A DNA stretch of 62,905 nucleotides, the filler included. It is 5 parts of 5 records of this genome, joined end to end, with 100 filler letters (N's around TTAATTAATTAA, not from the genome) between each part and the next. Parts side by side here need not be neighbours in the genome. Positions count along the whole stretch, not along the records: positions 36,658 to 51,112 come from SRR15195285_759; positions 51,213 to 55,001 come from SRR15195285_762; positions 55,102 to 62,905 come from SRR15195285_765; 2 more parts are not named here. One strand, 5' to 3'. Of this stretch, positions 38,867 to 55,295 are shown piece after piece (position 1 is the stretch's first letter; each line of letters starts with the position of its first letter). The notes below the pieces were generated by a model. The model was not told where the DNA came from. It made no database searches and saw nothing but the letters and a program-made list of their open reading frames with translations. The translations under genes and the position numbers were made by a program.

Positions 38867-39327
38867 ATGAGCCGCGTACGAACGTGCTGAGTAGGAAGGG
38901 GTGTACTGTAAGCAAGGTCTCGGCGAGCTACTGCTCACGCGTGAGAATTGTACGCCGCACTGATCGTACTGGTGTAGTGATGCGATGGCGAGTGGTCGCA
39001 GCACGACAAAAAATGAAGTCGTCATACTATGTACAAAAACACACTGCAGACGCGACCACGCACGCGCACGCAGAACAACTCGGACACTGGCCGTGAGACC
39101 ACGCACAGTCTGCCGTTAACTCGGCTACTTCGCCTCTCTGCTATTCTCTCTTTTCATCTCACCCGTGAAAAAATCATCGCATCCTCTTTGCACAGCTGGC
39201 CATGTGTGCAGCACCGCATGCCTTTGCGGGGTACACGCCAGCAAGAGAACCACTTACAGCGACCTATTACGCAGCGCAGGATCAGGTGTCAGCAAGCCTT
39301 CGAGCTTTTCTACGCCGGCATCAGTTT

Positions 39328-42027
39328 TTACGAAACGCGGATTGGAGTCTCGCAGGTATCAGAGGAGTGCGTTACGAACCTAGCTGTGTCGCTTAGCTGT
39401 GCTGCGTTGTGGTCGCTTCGGTGCGCAGACGCAAAGCCCGTAGTGGTACCGATCTCATCGTCTAGATGATGGTGGTTGAAATCGTAGAACTTCGAATCGT
39501 CGATTCTTCCACTGAATGATAGGTCGAACTCAGAATGGCCATCATGCATGCCCTTGAAGTCGGCATCCGTTACCTACCAGCCGGACGTCGAAGTGAGCAG
39601 AGAATTTTGTCACAGAAGGCTTAACGTTGCGCAACAAAACAAACTCTGCAGCCGCGCAGTCGCTACGCGAGTATCACCCACTGTCTGCTCCTCCATCATT
39701 GCTGTATCACCGAAAACAAACGCCTTGTGAGAGAATCCAATTTGCGCCGTTTATACTCATTACGTATCTGCTACCTTGTGTACGACCAGTTGTACTTGAT
39801 TGTAGAGCTACACGCATGGACTACGTACCCGACCCAACACTTGAGATAGGCTCGGAGACGGGGGACTCAGGCGTGCTGGATAGCTCTCCGTGTGAAGAAG
39901 ATGATGTGATGCCAGTCCCGATCCAGTCGACGGTGCTCATGGGTTGAAGCGGACGAGAGCGGACGGAAGCCATTGGCTCTGGGAAGATACGCATTGACGG
40001 TATGTGCGCAGCTGCCGCCACGTCACGGTTGCTGCAGGTAAATTAGCAGAGATGTTGTCAGCACGCATACTCAACTCGCAGATTATCTGAGACCATGACG
40101 CAACCGGGGGAATATGCGGTCATACTTCAGAGCGGATTTGCGGTCGGATTTGTTCAGCCCTTCAGACACCGAGTCGGAAATCGAAGGTAGCTGAGTGTGA
40201 AGCGAGTTCATGTCGTGCCAGCTGTCCTCTTTGTAGTCTGTCGCCCAAGGGCTGCTCTCATGGTTTATGATCTGCCCAGCAGACAGGTTCAGTACAGAAC
40301 ACGGCAGCAGGAAAGTGCCGGCTGCCTACTGCCACACCTTCTGTCCGTTGTCATCTACCACAGTTGGTGGCTCGTACTTCAAAGATGCCTCTTCAAGTGC
40401 GTGAATGTTGAAGTCTCGCCCAGTGTAGCGAGATGCGAGAGACGCCAGCTCTTCTGTTACATCCATTGTTGCCTGCGCGCACCCATCCGCACACGTACAG
40501 AGAAGGTCAAGTGAAACAGGCCGCAGGCAAGTGAAACAGGTCGCAGGCTTTCAAACAGATAAAGACTTGAACATCTTTTCTGTGGGATTGGTTGATTCAT
40601 CAAGTACTCACCGGGGCCAAGCAACTGCCAAAGTGCGCAGCGTCTGGCATCTCATGCGGACGCTGGCTGAACTCTTTCGCAGACAAGGCTGGCCGCACTG
40701 GTGGTGCCCTACCCGGCAAGGAGGAGCCAGAGGGAGCAGCGGCAACAGAAGAAGATGTCCTTTGGGGCTTAGGCGCACTCCGCTTTTTCGGTGGTAATGC
40801 AATCTCTTCGTCTTCAGAATCATCCTCAATCCGAGGACTCTGTGGCGCCTCCTGCCCGGCTGCATTTCGAGACTTATGGTCCACCAGGTCTTCCTCTACC
40901 CACTTCTTGCGCTTGCCAGCAGTGGCACGAGAGCTGCGCCGAGTGCCAGCTGAATCACGCTTGGGTGGAACTTTCACACGCGCGGTATACGCTTCATCAT
41001 CGTCGTCGATACGCCTTGCTGAGCGCTTTTTAATCTGACGAGCAGTACGACGCCCACCGCTTCTGCTGGTCTTCGACGGCGCGGTAGTGCTCTTCGTTTT
41101 GGCCTGCACAGGATCTGAGACATGCTCTGGTCCACGTAGCGCGCGCAGCTTGACCTGCATAGCGTGGCTGTTCCAGTGGTTCTTCACAGAGTTATCTGTG
41201 CGTCCCTCCAGCTCCTTCGCGATGTCGACCCACTTGTTGCCATACTTCTTCTGCGCGGCGATCAGCTTCTGGTCCTCCTCCTCTGTCCAGGGACCTTTGC
41301 GCACGGCTGGGTCCAGCTGATTCTGCCATCGTTCGCGGCACTGCTTGCCCTTACGACCTTTGATCTGCAAACGGCATTATCGTAGCAGGTCAACACGACC
41401 CGCATGAAGGCGGCACGGATGATCGACACAGAAATTGTACTCACGCCTTTGGCCAGGTCGGACCAGTCTGACGGGCCGTGCTTTTGTATGAGCTTCTTGA
41501 GGAGCTCGTCTTCTTGCTTGGACCAGGGATGCTTCGTTCCGTCAGTCTGCTGCTTTTTTTTGTTCTTTTTCCTGTCCTTGTCCTCGATCTGTGCCTCCTC
41601 GGCAGTCTCTTTGAGGACATCCAGCCACTCCATCATGGTCTCCTTGTCAGCGCAGCGCAGTCGGTACGTGCGCTGTACGCGACGTGCAGGTCGGTCAGCT
41701 GCTGCTGATCGGCTGAGCCTACGCAGCCTATAGGCTGTATGCAAGCCATCCACTGAGATTCACACCAGACAGAGTAGCACTTACCTGCGCGTCCTGAATT
41801 TCGAGTTCGTTCGGCTCCGCGTCGGCCGCCTGCGAACGCCGCACGTCGAGCAGTTCCTCAAGCTTGATCTGCCCGCGCTTGGCGACCGATCGGTTGAAAA
41901 GCGACGTCTCATCCTCGCGCTGAAAGTACGTGAGCCGGAAGCCCTTGACCTCGAACCACAGGCGGCGCCACGCAGTGCTCACACCGTCCTTCTTGTGAAG
42001 GAAGCCAGCGTGCGAGATGACCACCAT
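39328..42027 (-). CDS. PH-domain plus R2R3-type Myb transcription factor, multi-exon; 3' exons uncertain
   Basis: GFLHKK...WRRLWF....LTYF (PH); W..EED..L...[11 protein letters not shown]...KGPWTEEED...[12 protein letters not shown] (Myb). Confidence 0.75.
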
Positions 42028-43415
42028 CTGCGTGACCACGGAACGGAGCGCCGCGGCGGAGCGGAGTTTGAAAGACCGTCTGATCTTTTTTCTCTCCTCT
42101 GTACGTCTTGAAATCAACGACATTCAATCCTCGTCAGGCCAAATGCACAAAAGCTTTTACCAATATTACTTCATATCGCGTGTAGCTTGCAAATGTGGAG
42201 TTCCATGTATATTCCGTATAGAGCTCAAAATTCGGGAATCAAGCGAGGCACCGGCCGCCGTTGGGATTTTGAGCGAGACGCAAGCAAAAGTCACAAACTT
42301 GACGAATGAGCGCAGTCTTGACTCTTGAGTGTGAGGGATCATGCACCCGCCGCCATCCGAGCGATGCGTCATTCGCTCATTCCCAACAGGAATTTCTGCT
42401 CCCTCGACTCACGTGGAACTGTGGATGGGGATGCGCCGATCTCGACGTCTTCGTCATCTCGAATACCATTCGAACGATGACCAGACCTCGCGCTTCGTCC
42501 GTGAGATTTTGATGTAGAGGATCATACGATGATGGCATGATCGACGCGCTGGTAGAGCGCCAAATGAGCTACAAGAAGCAGGACCTGCCCGAGGTAGCTC
42601 TAATTCTAGATGACATTTTGGGGTCCTTGAAGCCCAGCTCTCGTGCCAGTGTACAGGCGTATACGTACTAGTCAATCCTGCACTATCTATACGGATGTAC
42701 AAGGATTCGATTGCTAGACACCTTTTGGCGTGGCGTTGATCGGTCGGCGTGAATCAGCGGCCTTCCACAGGATACATTTGTAGTACAGGGTTGACTAGTC
42801 TTACGTATACCATCAGCCGATCATTGAACATTACGACGACGGCGCGCCCATCCAAACCAGGCAGCGCGACCGCGAACCCCAACGCGGCTGCATGCCAGGC
42901 CAGATCTAGGGAGTACAAGCGAATGCTTCAGGAGGCTAGTATTGAATTTCCGTGTGATTTTCTGCAGAGCTCGGATGAAGTTCGAACAGCTGCATTGTGA
43001 TGATGTCAAACAGCTTAGAAGCTGTGCATTATGTATCATCGTACCAGTACTTACATGTAGCTATGTGACGATGACCGACCTGCTGCAGCGTATAATTATC
43101 GTAATATCCGCACGGAACTGCGTACTCGGTAGTTGCATCTCATGTGAATCGATGCGAGTGATCATCTCAATATTGAGTCCCCTCCGGCGTGCGAAGACAA
43201 TTCATCAGCAACACAAGGTCCTTCGCAAGCCCGCCTTCCGCAAGTATAACTCCAGGCCCCCTAGCGCAGCCTCGCACCAGCCCCCACCTGCTTGGACTGC
43301 ACCCACGCTGCAAGGCCGCAATTATTTTGCCGCCCAAAGACACCCACGGAGTCGCGGAAAGGTGGCGTGGACACCACGTCTGGAAGTGACGAGGCCGTGA
43401 ATGTTGCGAAGGAAC

Positions 43416-46400
43416 TTACTTTCGGCTCTTGCCCGTCAGCTTGGAGACGCGTCGCCTCACCCGTTGGGGTGGCTGTGACGATTGCTCGCGCTGCGGCGGA
43501 TGATCGCGGGGAGGCTGATGCTTTTCGTTGTGGCCGGGCGCGCCCTGCGCGCTAGAACTGCCAGCTGCAAGCTGCAGCTTCCCACTGCCGTTAGAACCAA
43601 TCGCACCGTTGAGTGGTGGTGCTCCACTAGAATCGGACGGACCTCGCACGCTGGAGTCACTGGCTGCCACCAACGTGGGGGCAGTATTGTCGCCTGCCCC
43701 GCCTGCCGTGTGCCCAGAGCTAGCGCGGCCACCTCCTGTTGAAGAACGATCTGCCGTGGCTGCGTCCACAGTGGTTCCACCTCTCGGCTGTTCCCCGAGA
43801 CGGTCGTCTCCCACTGTGGGTGTGGGAGCAGCAGCGGTAGTATCACGCTCGGGGCCAGCTGCGGGCGTCGGCAAAGCAGAAACCGAAGTACTCTGCATGA
43901 TTTGCTTCGCAGGACCCGCATCTGCTGTGCGCGCAGTTGACGGGGCATGGGCAGTATCACCAGGGCCACCTCCGGCGTCAGCACCTACCACAGCAGCTAC
44001 TAGTGCACCTTGTGCCCGATCCGCGCCACCAGCTGTCGCTCTAACATTCGCTAGTAAGACCCCTTCCTGCCCAACCCACTCCCTGCCAGAGCCACCACGC
44101 AATAGTATCAGCAAACTAGAATGGCATGGCACAGCCTTTCACGCACAGCAATTGCCTTCGAATGGAACGGGACTGGAAGAATATAGGGGTTGCGAATTGT
44201 ACCTCAACAGATCTTCAACCAACCGGTGGCATTCATCGTCAGGGTAGCGGCCTGCGAAGGCTCGCATGATCTCATCTCGGATTTCATCTACACTGCGGCT
44301 GGAAATGAGCGTCGCGTGCGATCTAAACGCAGCAAACTGTGATAAATTTAGGCCGAGTGCCGAGCTGGCGCCGTAGGACATGCAAAACTCCTCCCACATC
44401 TCACTCTCCCAGTCCTCCTCCGGAAACAATGCTCGCGCTACGCGCTCGCACTCTGCGGTGTTCAGAAACCCATCGTGGTCGGCGTCGAACATTTCAAATA
44501 GCTCTGCTGAACTCTGAATGAAAGGGTCCTCCCACCCCTGCCCTTGGTTCATCTGCCCCTGTTCATGCTCCGAAGTTGCTAATGAGCTCGTTGGTGCGTC
44601 ATCGAAGTAAAAGGGCTGCTCTAGCTCAGCCTCAGCTTTAGGCTCAGATGGAAGTGACAGTTTTAACACGATTGGTGGCTTTGCTTGTCGGAGCATCTTC
44701 AGAGCCCCCTGGCTTCCCCTAGTAGAATAGGCACCACGACCGTTGACACTTAGCAGCTGCTGCCCGACTACCATGCGGTTTAGCGCCGCCAGCCCGTCAC
44801 TCGCAATGTCGACAACCGCCAGCCCCTGCCCGTCAGGTGTTTCCACCCAGGTCACGCCCCAGTCGCTATGGCACATTTCATGCTTTGCCGAGCTCGCTGC
44901 TGGCGAGTGCTCGAACACCACCAGTGTTGCCGGTGGTGGTGGTGGTGGTTGCAGCTGCCGTAACACCGTCGCTGCTGGAGGTGATGGCCTTAGCAGTTGC
45001 GGACGTGGGCTTCCTTGCGAATTTGGCCTACCATCGCCGTTGGAAGGTGCTTGTGATACCACCTCCAATACGAGGCTGAGCGGTCGAGTCTTGGCCATTT
45101 TATCAATTACATCTGCGTTGTCGAGTCCTTGGGAGTGCCACTCATCGATGCTTTGTCCACATAATTCCATTATTTGCATGCCCTCGGTCAGACCGGCACG
45201 CGAAGCCTGCATGCCCTCGGCGACGAAGACCAGGGTGAACGGACCTAGCCCACCTGCAATCGGGTAGCTCCACTTCACGCCCATCGGACCAGCTTCAAAG
45301 ATGACACTGGCACGAGATCCCAGCTCTAGTTGTCGGTCATTCGGTGCATGCTCTGGGCCTGACTTTAGCGCTGGCTCCGGCTCCGGTTCTGGCTCTCTTG
45401 ACATTTCCAGCCGCCGCCGTGTACTCATGCCCTTCTGCCCGTTTGCTGCTGTCGCGAGCTGTCGAGCATGCTCCCGAACTCTGCCTCCGGAGGTTACAAC
45501 CCCATTAGGACTTCGTGGTCGCTCGTCACCCAGTGTGCCGTAGTGGTGTGATGTCGCTAGGCCGGCTGCCGACTCCTCCTCTGGGCTAATCGGCACGGCT
45601 CTGGGTGTTATCGCCGCAGTGCTGGGCGCAGACCCCGGGCAGCTGACTGGCGCCACATCCCTGTTCAGAGCCCCGAGCGCAGAGCTCACCTCGCGTAGCA
45701 TCGCAGCCGAACCGTTCGAAAGTGCGGCGGCTGTGAGGGCCTCGCGGAGCAGCGGCTCGACCTGCTTGAGACCAGCAGCGACCCTCGGCGAAGCATCTCC
45801 TTGAAGGTTAGATATAACCTGGGCAGCTGCGAGCCGGGCTCGAGACTTGCGCCCACCGTCCTGCAGGACCTTGACCGCGCTACCTATGCCAGAACGTGAA
45901 AAGAGGAGAGCCTCCCCGTCAATCGCGGCAAGGTTGCACAGTGCACCGCAGAGGAACTGGTGCATTGTCCCCGCATCGTCGCCGGCGTCCTCCAAGCACG
46001 CACGGATCGCTGCCACACCGTCGCACCGAGTCACCGCAAGCGCGGCGTCCTGGCCCTGGCGGCATAGATTACATAGTGCGGCGGCGGCCCATTGGCCACT
46101 CCGAGCGCTTGCATCGCTGAGCACGGCCGTCCCGGGCATGCGACGCAGCATTCCGACCAGTGCCTCGACGCCACCCGCGCTGACGATCGCTCCAGCTGTC
46201 TCGGATGGCACGCTCGCGCTGAGGTTGGCCAGCGCAGCAGCTGCCAGTGACAGCACCTCAAAATGCTCGTGCTCTTCCAGGATCTCCACAAATCTGTCTA
46301 TTAGCTCATTCGACACAAACTGCTTTCTGGTCGCCTCGTCCGCGTGCGCAGCGATGGTGCTCAACACAACACATGCCGCTCGCTCCATCGGCACGGGGAG

Positions 46401-46652
46401 TCCGGGGCGGTGCAGCAGGTCTCCGAGCACAGCGGTGCCACCCGCTTTCGCCAGCACAGCTGCGGCACCTGCCTCACCACCGCCCGCCCCATCTCGATCG
46501 TCCTCCACGAGCTCCGCCAGTGTCGCGAGCCCCCCCGCGCATGCATCCTGGTCGTACGCACCCGCCCGACCCAGCCCACCGCGCAGCGCCGTCAGCGCAG
46601 CCTCCACTTGCGCCTCCAGCATCGACCCGCCACCATCGGTGGTGATGGTCAT
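43416..46652 (-). CDS. Armadillo-repeat protein with two PDZ-like domains and an EF-hand; probable intron near 44100-44150
   Basis: AAAALANL/AAAALCNL ARM repeats; GPMGV..A.RAGL..G and G..L.SVNG PDZ-like segments; FDADHDGFLN..E EF-hand. Confidence 0.65.
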
Positions 46653-47319
46653 GCTACTATACCTACCACACCACCAGTGCGGCAAAGGAGGGAGGCGGGC
46701 TATCCATCGCCAGCAATCATCGATCCGTCGATGCGGACATCGACGCCGGATCACCGCGGCACCGGCCGCGTCGATCATTCGACTCGACTCATAGTTGACA
46801 TAGTGATACCGTGGTCACTGGTCTGCGGCACTGAACTCCTGGTCAGGACCTGGTGCTGGTCAGTACTATACTGTACTGTCATACGTAGTACTACTACTAG
46901 ATCTACATAGATTAGTACGTGTACTATACACTGTACTATCAATAGTACTAGTAGGTCAGGACATGACCGAGGTAGGACCTGGCCTCAGTGTACTACTATA
47001 TGAATCTATGAACTACCATACTGCGGAGTAGCTACAGTACTAGTAGCTAGTACACTTGCACTTGCAGTACACTAGCTAGTACCAGGTACTGTATTCCATA
47101 CTCTAGCTAGTAGGTCGAATAGGAGAATGTCACAGGACACACACCGATCAGGATCACCGTGACAACTCGAACTCCCGATGAACGGCAGTGAACGCACCCG
47201 ACAGGTGATACTCATAGCGCCTCACCGGCGTGGCCTCCCGTACGACAGTACCAGCTAGGATCGTGTGCAGCGCGGTAGTTCAGTAGCTGCTCTAGCCTGG
47301 AGCTGCACGGAGGTGCAAG

Positions 47320-48415
47320 ATGGCGCCACACATGTGGCCCCTGCTCGTAGCGTTGTTCGCTGGACTGTTGCCTGGGAGGGGCCACGACAGCCTTGGCGCG
47401 GACGAGTGCAACCTTGCACCGTCGACCGACGAGCTCAAGACCTTTTGCTTTGACGAGATCGCAGCCTGCGACAAGGATCCAGGCTGTCGAGCCCTTTTAG
47501 GTAGCCCAGACGAGGTGGAACCATTTCCGCCGCCCCCCAAAAGTTTCCAGGCAGTCATGGACTGTATGAAGCGCACAGACGAGTTGAAGCAGGCCGGATG
47601 GAAGCGGCCGAAACAACGACAGGCCCCAAAGCCGGCACCGCCACCACCGCCGCCACCAGCTAGAACAAAACAGCCGCACAGGCCAGACAGGGCCGGTAAG
47701 AAACTTGTCTGCCCCCCTGGTGGCTTCTCAGAGCTAATCTGACTAGGCGTATGCATGCCTGGACACAGCCGTACGCCAAGCCGCTTTGGAGCTGCAGTGC
47801 GACGCATGTCTACTTGTTTTGGAGGACATCTGGAACCTGCTGCTGTACCAACCTGACCCTGTGGCTGGAGAAGCACCCTTGGGCTTCGAGTACAGCCTCA
47901 TAGAAAACGTACAGAAGATGTGTGGCGATCCTTACGATAGAGAGGGGCCGCGCGGCAACGTGGCACGCTGGGTCGGGCTGCACAACATTTACAACTGCAC
48001 AAAAGATGGCATCAGCTCAGTCGACGCGGACGAGTGCAGAGCTAGAAGCAAAGACACGGGGTACCACATCGAGCGCGAAAACCCCGTCGACGACGTGGTT
48101 GCTCAGCACGTGGATGCCGTGATGACACGTGCGAAGGACCCAGACAGAGCCTGGCACGTTGGTGTGTACAGCATGCTCTGCCAAATGCACCTCGCCCCCG
48201 CACTTCCGGAAATCGCGGTCGCATTTGAAGCACACGGTGGCATCCCGCCCGCAAAGTGGAAAGATGCAGCAAAACGCAGCGATGCCAGAAAGGCACAACA
48301 GCGCGTGGCTGCGAGCGCGTGCGAGCTCATGTGTGCAGATAAACAACGCGCCAAGCCAAAACGAAAGTCCCAAAAGAAAGCTGGCAAGTCTGGTCGTGGA
48401 AAGACACCGCCGTAA
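47320..48415 (+). CDS. Secreted Cys-containing protein with saposin/Canopy-like C.AC domain, one intron near 47696-47768
   Basis: Signal peptide MAPHMWPLLVALFAG; LQCDACLLV...C...C...C pattern. Confidence 0.5.
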
Positions 48416-48487
48416 ATGCGGCCTAGTTTGGTTAATATCTGGGGATTGCTGTGGTTTTGAAATGCACGGGCAGACATATTTTTAGCA

Positions 48488-51014
<2,527 letters not shown>

Positions 51015-51112
51015 CCTCCGCACACCCCTCAGCACCCCTCCACAACCAGTCGCTCCGCCCCTTCCGTCCCTCTCTGCGGCGCCAAACCACAGTGTATGAG
51101 ACAGTACGGCCG

Positions 51113-51212
51113 NNNNNNNNNNNNNNNNNNNNNNNNNNNNNNNNNNNNNNNNNNNNTTAATTAATTAANNNNNNNNNNNNNNNNNNNNNNNNNNNNNNNN
51201 NNNNNNNNNNNN
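51113..51212. other. Artificial contig-joining spacer
   Basis: N44-TTAATTAATTAA-N44. Confidence 0.98.
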
Positions 51213-51330
51213 TTATCACTTCTCAGGTACACGGGTTTGACCCGGGCCCAGCGTGCGGACTCCGCGTATCCGCGCGCGCGCGACGCGCGCATCGCAGCTG
51301 CCTGCGCCGGCGTGCTCAGTGAGCCAGCAA

Positions 51331-54300
51331 ATGAGCTTCATCGCTCTGCTCGCGACGCTGGCAGCGCCGTCCGCCCTGGGCCCATATCCGTTGCTGCATG
51401 GCGGTGCACGCACTGGCGTAAAGGTGGCTGCGTCTCCCGACCCCCTTGTCGATTATAAATGGGACATGTCCAGCATCGACAAGTTCGCGTACCAGGTGTT
51501 CGTCGACCATCCAGTCGAGGCTGTAGCCGAGCCGGCGTCCGCCTTCAGCGGCGTCAGTGACATGATGTCCGCAGGAAGCGTTGTGGGAGTACATTCCGCG
51601 GGGTTGATCACCATCAAGTTCGCACAGGAGGGCGCGTGCTGGGTTGAGTTCGAATCCAAAGGTCTCGCCGCGAGCGGCGCGAAGATGGACATGACGATCA
51701 GCGAGAACCGACTGCCTGGGGAGGTCCACAACCTGCAGCCAACGGCGCGCAATGGGACTTACCGCCTGGAACCGAATAATCAGCTCTACGAGGGGGTTCG
51801 GTATATATTCGTCAATGTGACGGCGCCCGGCAGTGCGCCTTGGGCCATCGAGAATTTCCGGCGGGTATGCCAAACTGTGCCCACCAACTACGAAGGTCAT
51901 TTCAGCAGTAGCGATGAGACACTGAACAAGATCTGGTGGACCGGCGCGTATACGGCGCGCGTCACCATGGTTGGCGTCGGACTGCACTCTCCACAGGCAT
52001 TCCTCGGCTCGGAGCTGAAGGACCGTGGCGATCGCATCGCCTTCCTGGGCGACGCACACGCAACCCAGCCGACTGTGCTCGCCGCGTTCAAAAACTACGA
52101 GATGCTGTGGTCCTCAAATGAGCATACCAAGGGAACGATAGGCAGCTTTGGTGGCATTCAGCCATACTGGCTGATGTGGTGCTCGTCGATCCTTGACCTA
52201 TACGACGCCACAGGCAATGTCAGTGCGTTCAAGAGCTACCAGCCCTACATTGAGCAGCGCTTTGATCACGCCGAGAGTATTCTGTCCAGTTGGATAGATC
52301 CTGAGAACGCGGGCGGTTTCAACAACCCGTCCCTTGACTGGTCGCGTGATGACGACCGGATGGGGTTCGGCTTTGAGTCACCCAACCTTCCTGAGGCACG
52401 GAATGCCTTCAAGGCGCTGTTGGTGGGGACTGCAAGACGCTACTCGGCCGCGATTGGCAAGCTTGGCAACCAAACCGCAGGAAAGACCTACGCCGCCCTA
52501 GCTGCAAAGGTCGAAAAGGACATCAAGACGACGGACGGCGGTGGCGGCAGGTCAGCAGATCCGTGGTACAAAGACTGGGGGATGCACGCGAGTAGTGACG
52601 CAGTCATCGCTGGAATTGTCAGCCCAGCTGAGGGCAAAGCGATGCTGGCAGATGACGGCGTATTCGGCGACCCGCTCCAGCTGCCCTCCCTGAGCAATTT
52701 TGAGTCTTTCTTCATCCTGAAGGCACTCGGGGCGCTGAAAGCGTCGGTACAGGCGGGCTACCTCGTGCACCGTCATTGGGCCGGTATGCTTCGGCTGGGC
52801 GCTACGACATTCTGGGAGCGCTTTGATCCGCAGTGGGAAGATGCTGGCTGCCTAGTGCATGATGACCCGCCTGCAAATGCCATGAACCAAGACACCTCCA
52901 TGTCACATCCATGGGCTACTGGTGCGACATCTTTTCTCTCCAAGTTCGGGTTGGGGGTGGAACCTGTCGATCCTGGATTTGTCTCGTGGCAGGCCGTGCC
53001 CATTTTGCTGGACAATGTAACTCTGAGCTGGGTTCGAGGCGCCGTGCCTACGCCGCACAGTGGGCCTATCGCTGTCGATTTTGACTTACGCACCGGCATC
53101 TTTGAGGTCTCAGCCCCTGACGGTGCAGCTTCCGGCCGGCTGGGGATCCCGAAGCTCGGACAAGGGGTCGCAGTAGTAACGGTGATGTCCGCTCCCCTCA
53201 CAAACAACGGCGCCGTATCGTCGTCAGTGGGCGCAGTTTGGAAGAATCACAGCAGCAGTGCTGACGATCCTAGTCACGCTCAGCAGCAGCAGCAGGGCAG
53301 ACAAGCGCAGCTTGGCAGTGGTGGGCTACAGGTGCAGGAAAACGACGAGCTTTTCATGTACATCACTGGCCTTTGCCCTGGAACGCACCGCTTCATGGTC
53401 CGTCATGTGCAACCGCCGCCGCGACCGCAGCAGCAGCGGGAGGAACAGCAGACGGAAGGAGTGGTGGCGATAACCAGCGCAAAAGGCAAGTGGGATCCAA
53501 ACAATACGAATTTTGCGTTCGCGGCGACCCTCCACGGGATCGATCACACAACCGGTGGGTCATGGGTGGGCAAGTACGGCTCAGCAGGCTACGTACTCTT
53601 CAATTACAGCGAGTCTGGCAAGGATATAGTCAAGACCGACTCGCGCATCAAGAATGTTTTCGCTATCTCGGGGTACCCCAGCGCTGGAGGGCCCCCTTAT
53701 CCAGTTACGACGCCACCACGCCCTGCTTGCAACGGCCCCCGTGATGCGGTGAATGGTGGGTCTGGCACTAGTACGGGTGGGCCGCTGCAGAACACTGGTG
53801 GCGCGGGATATACATGTACGATCAAATGGGCCAACGCATCAACTAGCGAGGCAGTTCTTGAGCCGCCAAGTCCACACCTGGGCAGCGGAATCGATGCTAC
53901 TGCTGCCACTGCCGTGCGAACCGCTGCGGCTATCTCGGGTAACCGGTGGGCATCCTTTCACATCGATATCGAGGCTGCAGATCAGGTCCGTTCATCCATC
54001 GAAACATCCGTCCAGTAGAGAGGGATGCTTGCTTCCTACCTCCTATTGCACCCGTTAGTCCCGTCGTCTTTTGACTCGAATCTACATTCCAATGACGCAG
54101 ACGACGCCGTACAATGTGAGCCTGTACTTCTTGGACTTTGAGCCGCTTCACATCCGGCTCGGTGTGAAGCTGATGTCGGGCGACCAGCTGGTCTACAAGA
54201 CCATCGCTCCGATGGCGCTTGTCGAGGACTTCGCGGGTGGCCAGTATGTGAAATACACAGTGACTGGCACTGTACGCTTTCGTCTGATCGAGCTACCCTC

Positions 54301-54364
54301 GGAGGAGGGTAATGTCAAGGGGATCCCTCCGCGGCCGGTTCTGTCTGGATTATTCTTTGATTGA
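51331..54364 (+). CDS. Secreted glycoside hydrolase, GH78 alpha-L-rhamnosidase-like; intron starting at 53986
   Basis: F.SSDETLNKIW..GAYT, RGDRI.F.GD, GATTFWE, SMSHPWA, G.VPTP motifs; signal peptide. Confidence 0.8.
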
Positions 54365-55001
54365 ATAATTATGGGATGATGTCTTAGATCAAACCATGGT
54401 CACGTCTCACAGAGACGTGTATTTTGTGTAAATGAACCAATTGGTTGCCTCCAACTCTGACAGTGATCCCTACCACCTTTAGTTGGTGTTGGAATCAAAT
54501 GTTGCCGGTCGAGAAAGCGTAGTTGGCGCCATTACGCTCCGTCGAGTTGGCGTCATTAGGGCAACTTGGTGCCGTTTGTGGCGGCCCCCGCCGTTGTGAA
54601 GACCGCCACGAACGGCATCCACAATGGACGATTGCACTAGCCCGGCCATCACATGGCGTCACTTTGGGCAGTGTAACGCACCGGGTGTACATCCAACAAA
54701 AGATGGTGGAGGACACCATCGCTGCCGAACAGCCGGCGGGTTGCCGCGGAGCCGGTCGTCTTTTGTGCGGCGGCTTCGCCGCAGACTGACAGTGGTAGCG
54801 CCACGGTTGGGTTTGGATGAGACAGAGTTTGATGCGTCGTGTTGGAGCAGCATTAGCTTCCGGAAACGCTGCTGACTGCACTCATCTCATGGAATCATTT
54901 CAGTGCTTGACTGGGGTTGAGTGGCACCGGGGAAAGCAGTGATCTGGCGATAAAATCCTGAATGAGCTCTACTGCAGAAAATGAAAAGTGCAATGGAAAG
55001 C

Positions 55002-55101
55002 NNNNNNNNNNNNNNNNNNNNNNNNNNNNNNNNNNNNNNNNNNNNTTAATTAATTAANNNNNNNNNNNNNNNNNNNNNNNNNNNNNNNNNNNNNNNNNNN
55101 N
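55002..55101. other. Artificial contig-joining spacer
   Basis: N44-TTAATTAATTAA-N44. Confidence 0.98.
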
Positions 55102-55295
55102 CTCTCTCTCTCTCTCTCTCTCTCTCTTGCTAGGCTTGAGCAAGCGAACTTCCTTCGTATAACACGACTACAGGTAGCATGGAGTAACGCATTAGCTGGG
55201 GCGAGCGAGAAGCTGTAATTGTCTGTGTGTAATAGAGCTTTATTCAAGTCAAGCCAAGTATTCGAATAGATGTATAATAACAACCACGATCTGTA

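Noticed and set aside
37502-39106. 534-aa minus-strand ORF and similar long ORFs (45847-46794, 48705-49598, 49935-51164)
   Set aside because: Antisense shadows of GC-rich genuine genes, with no domain motifs.
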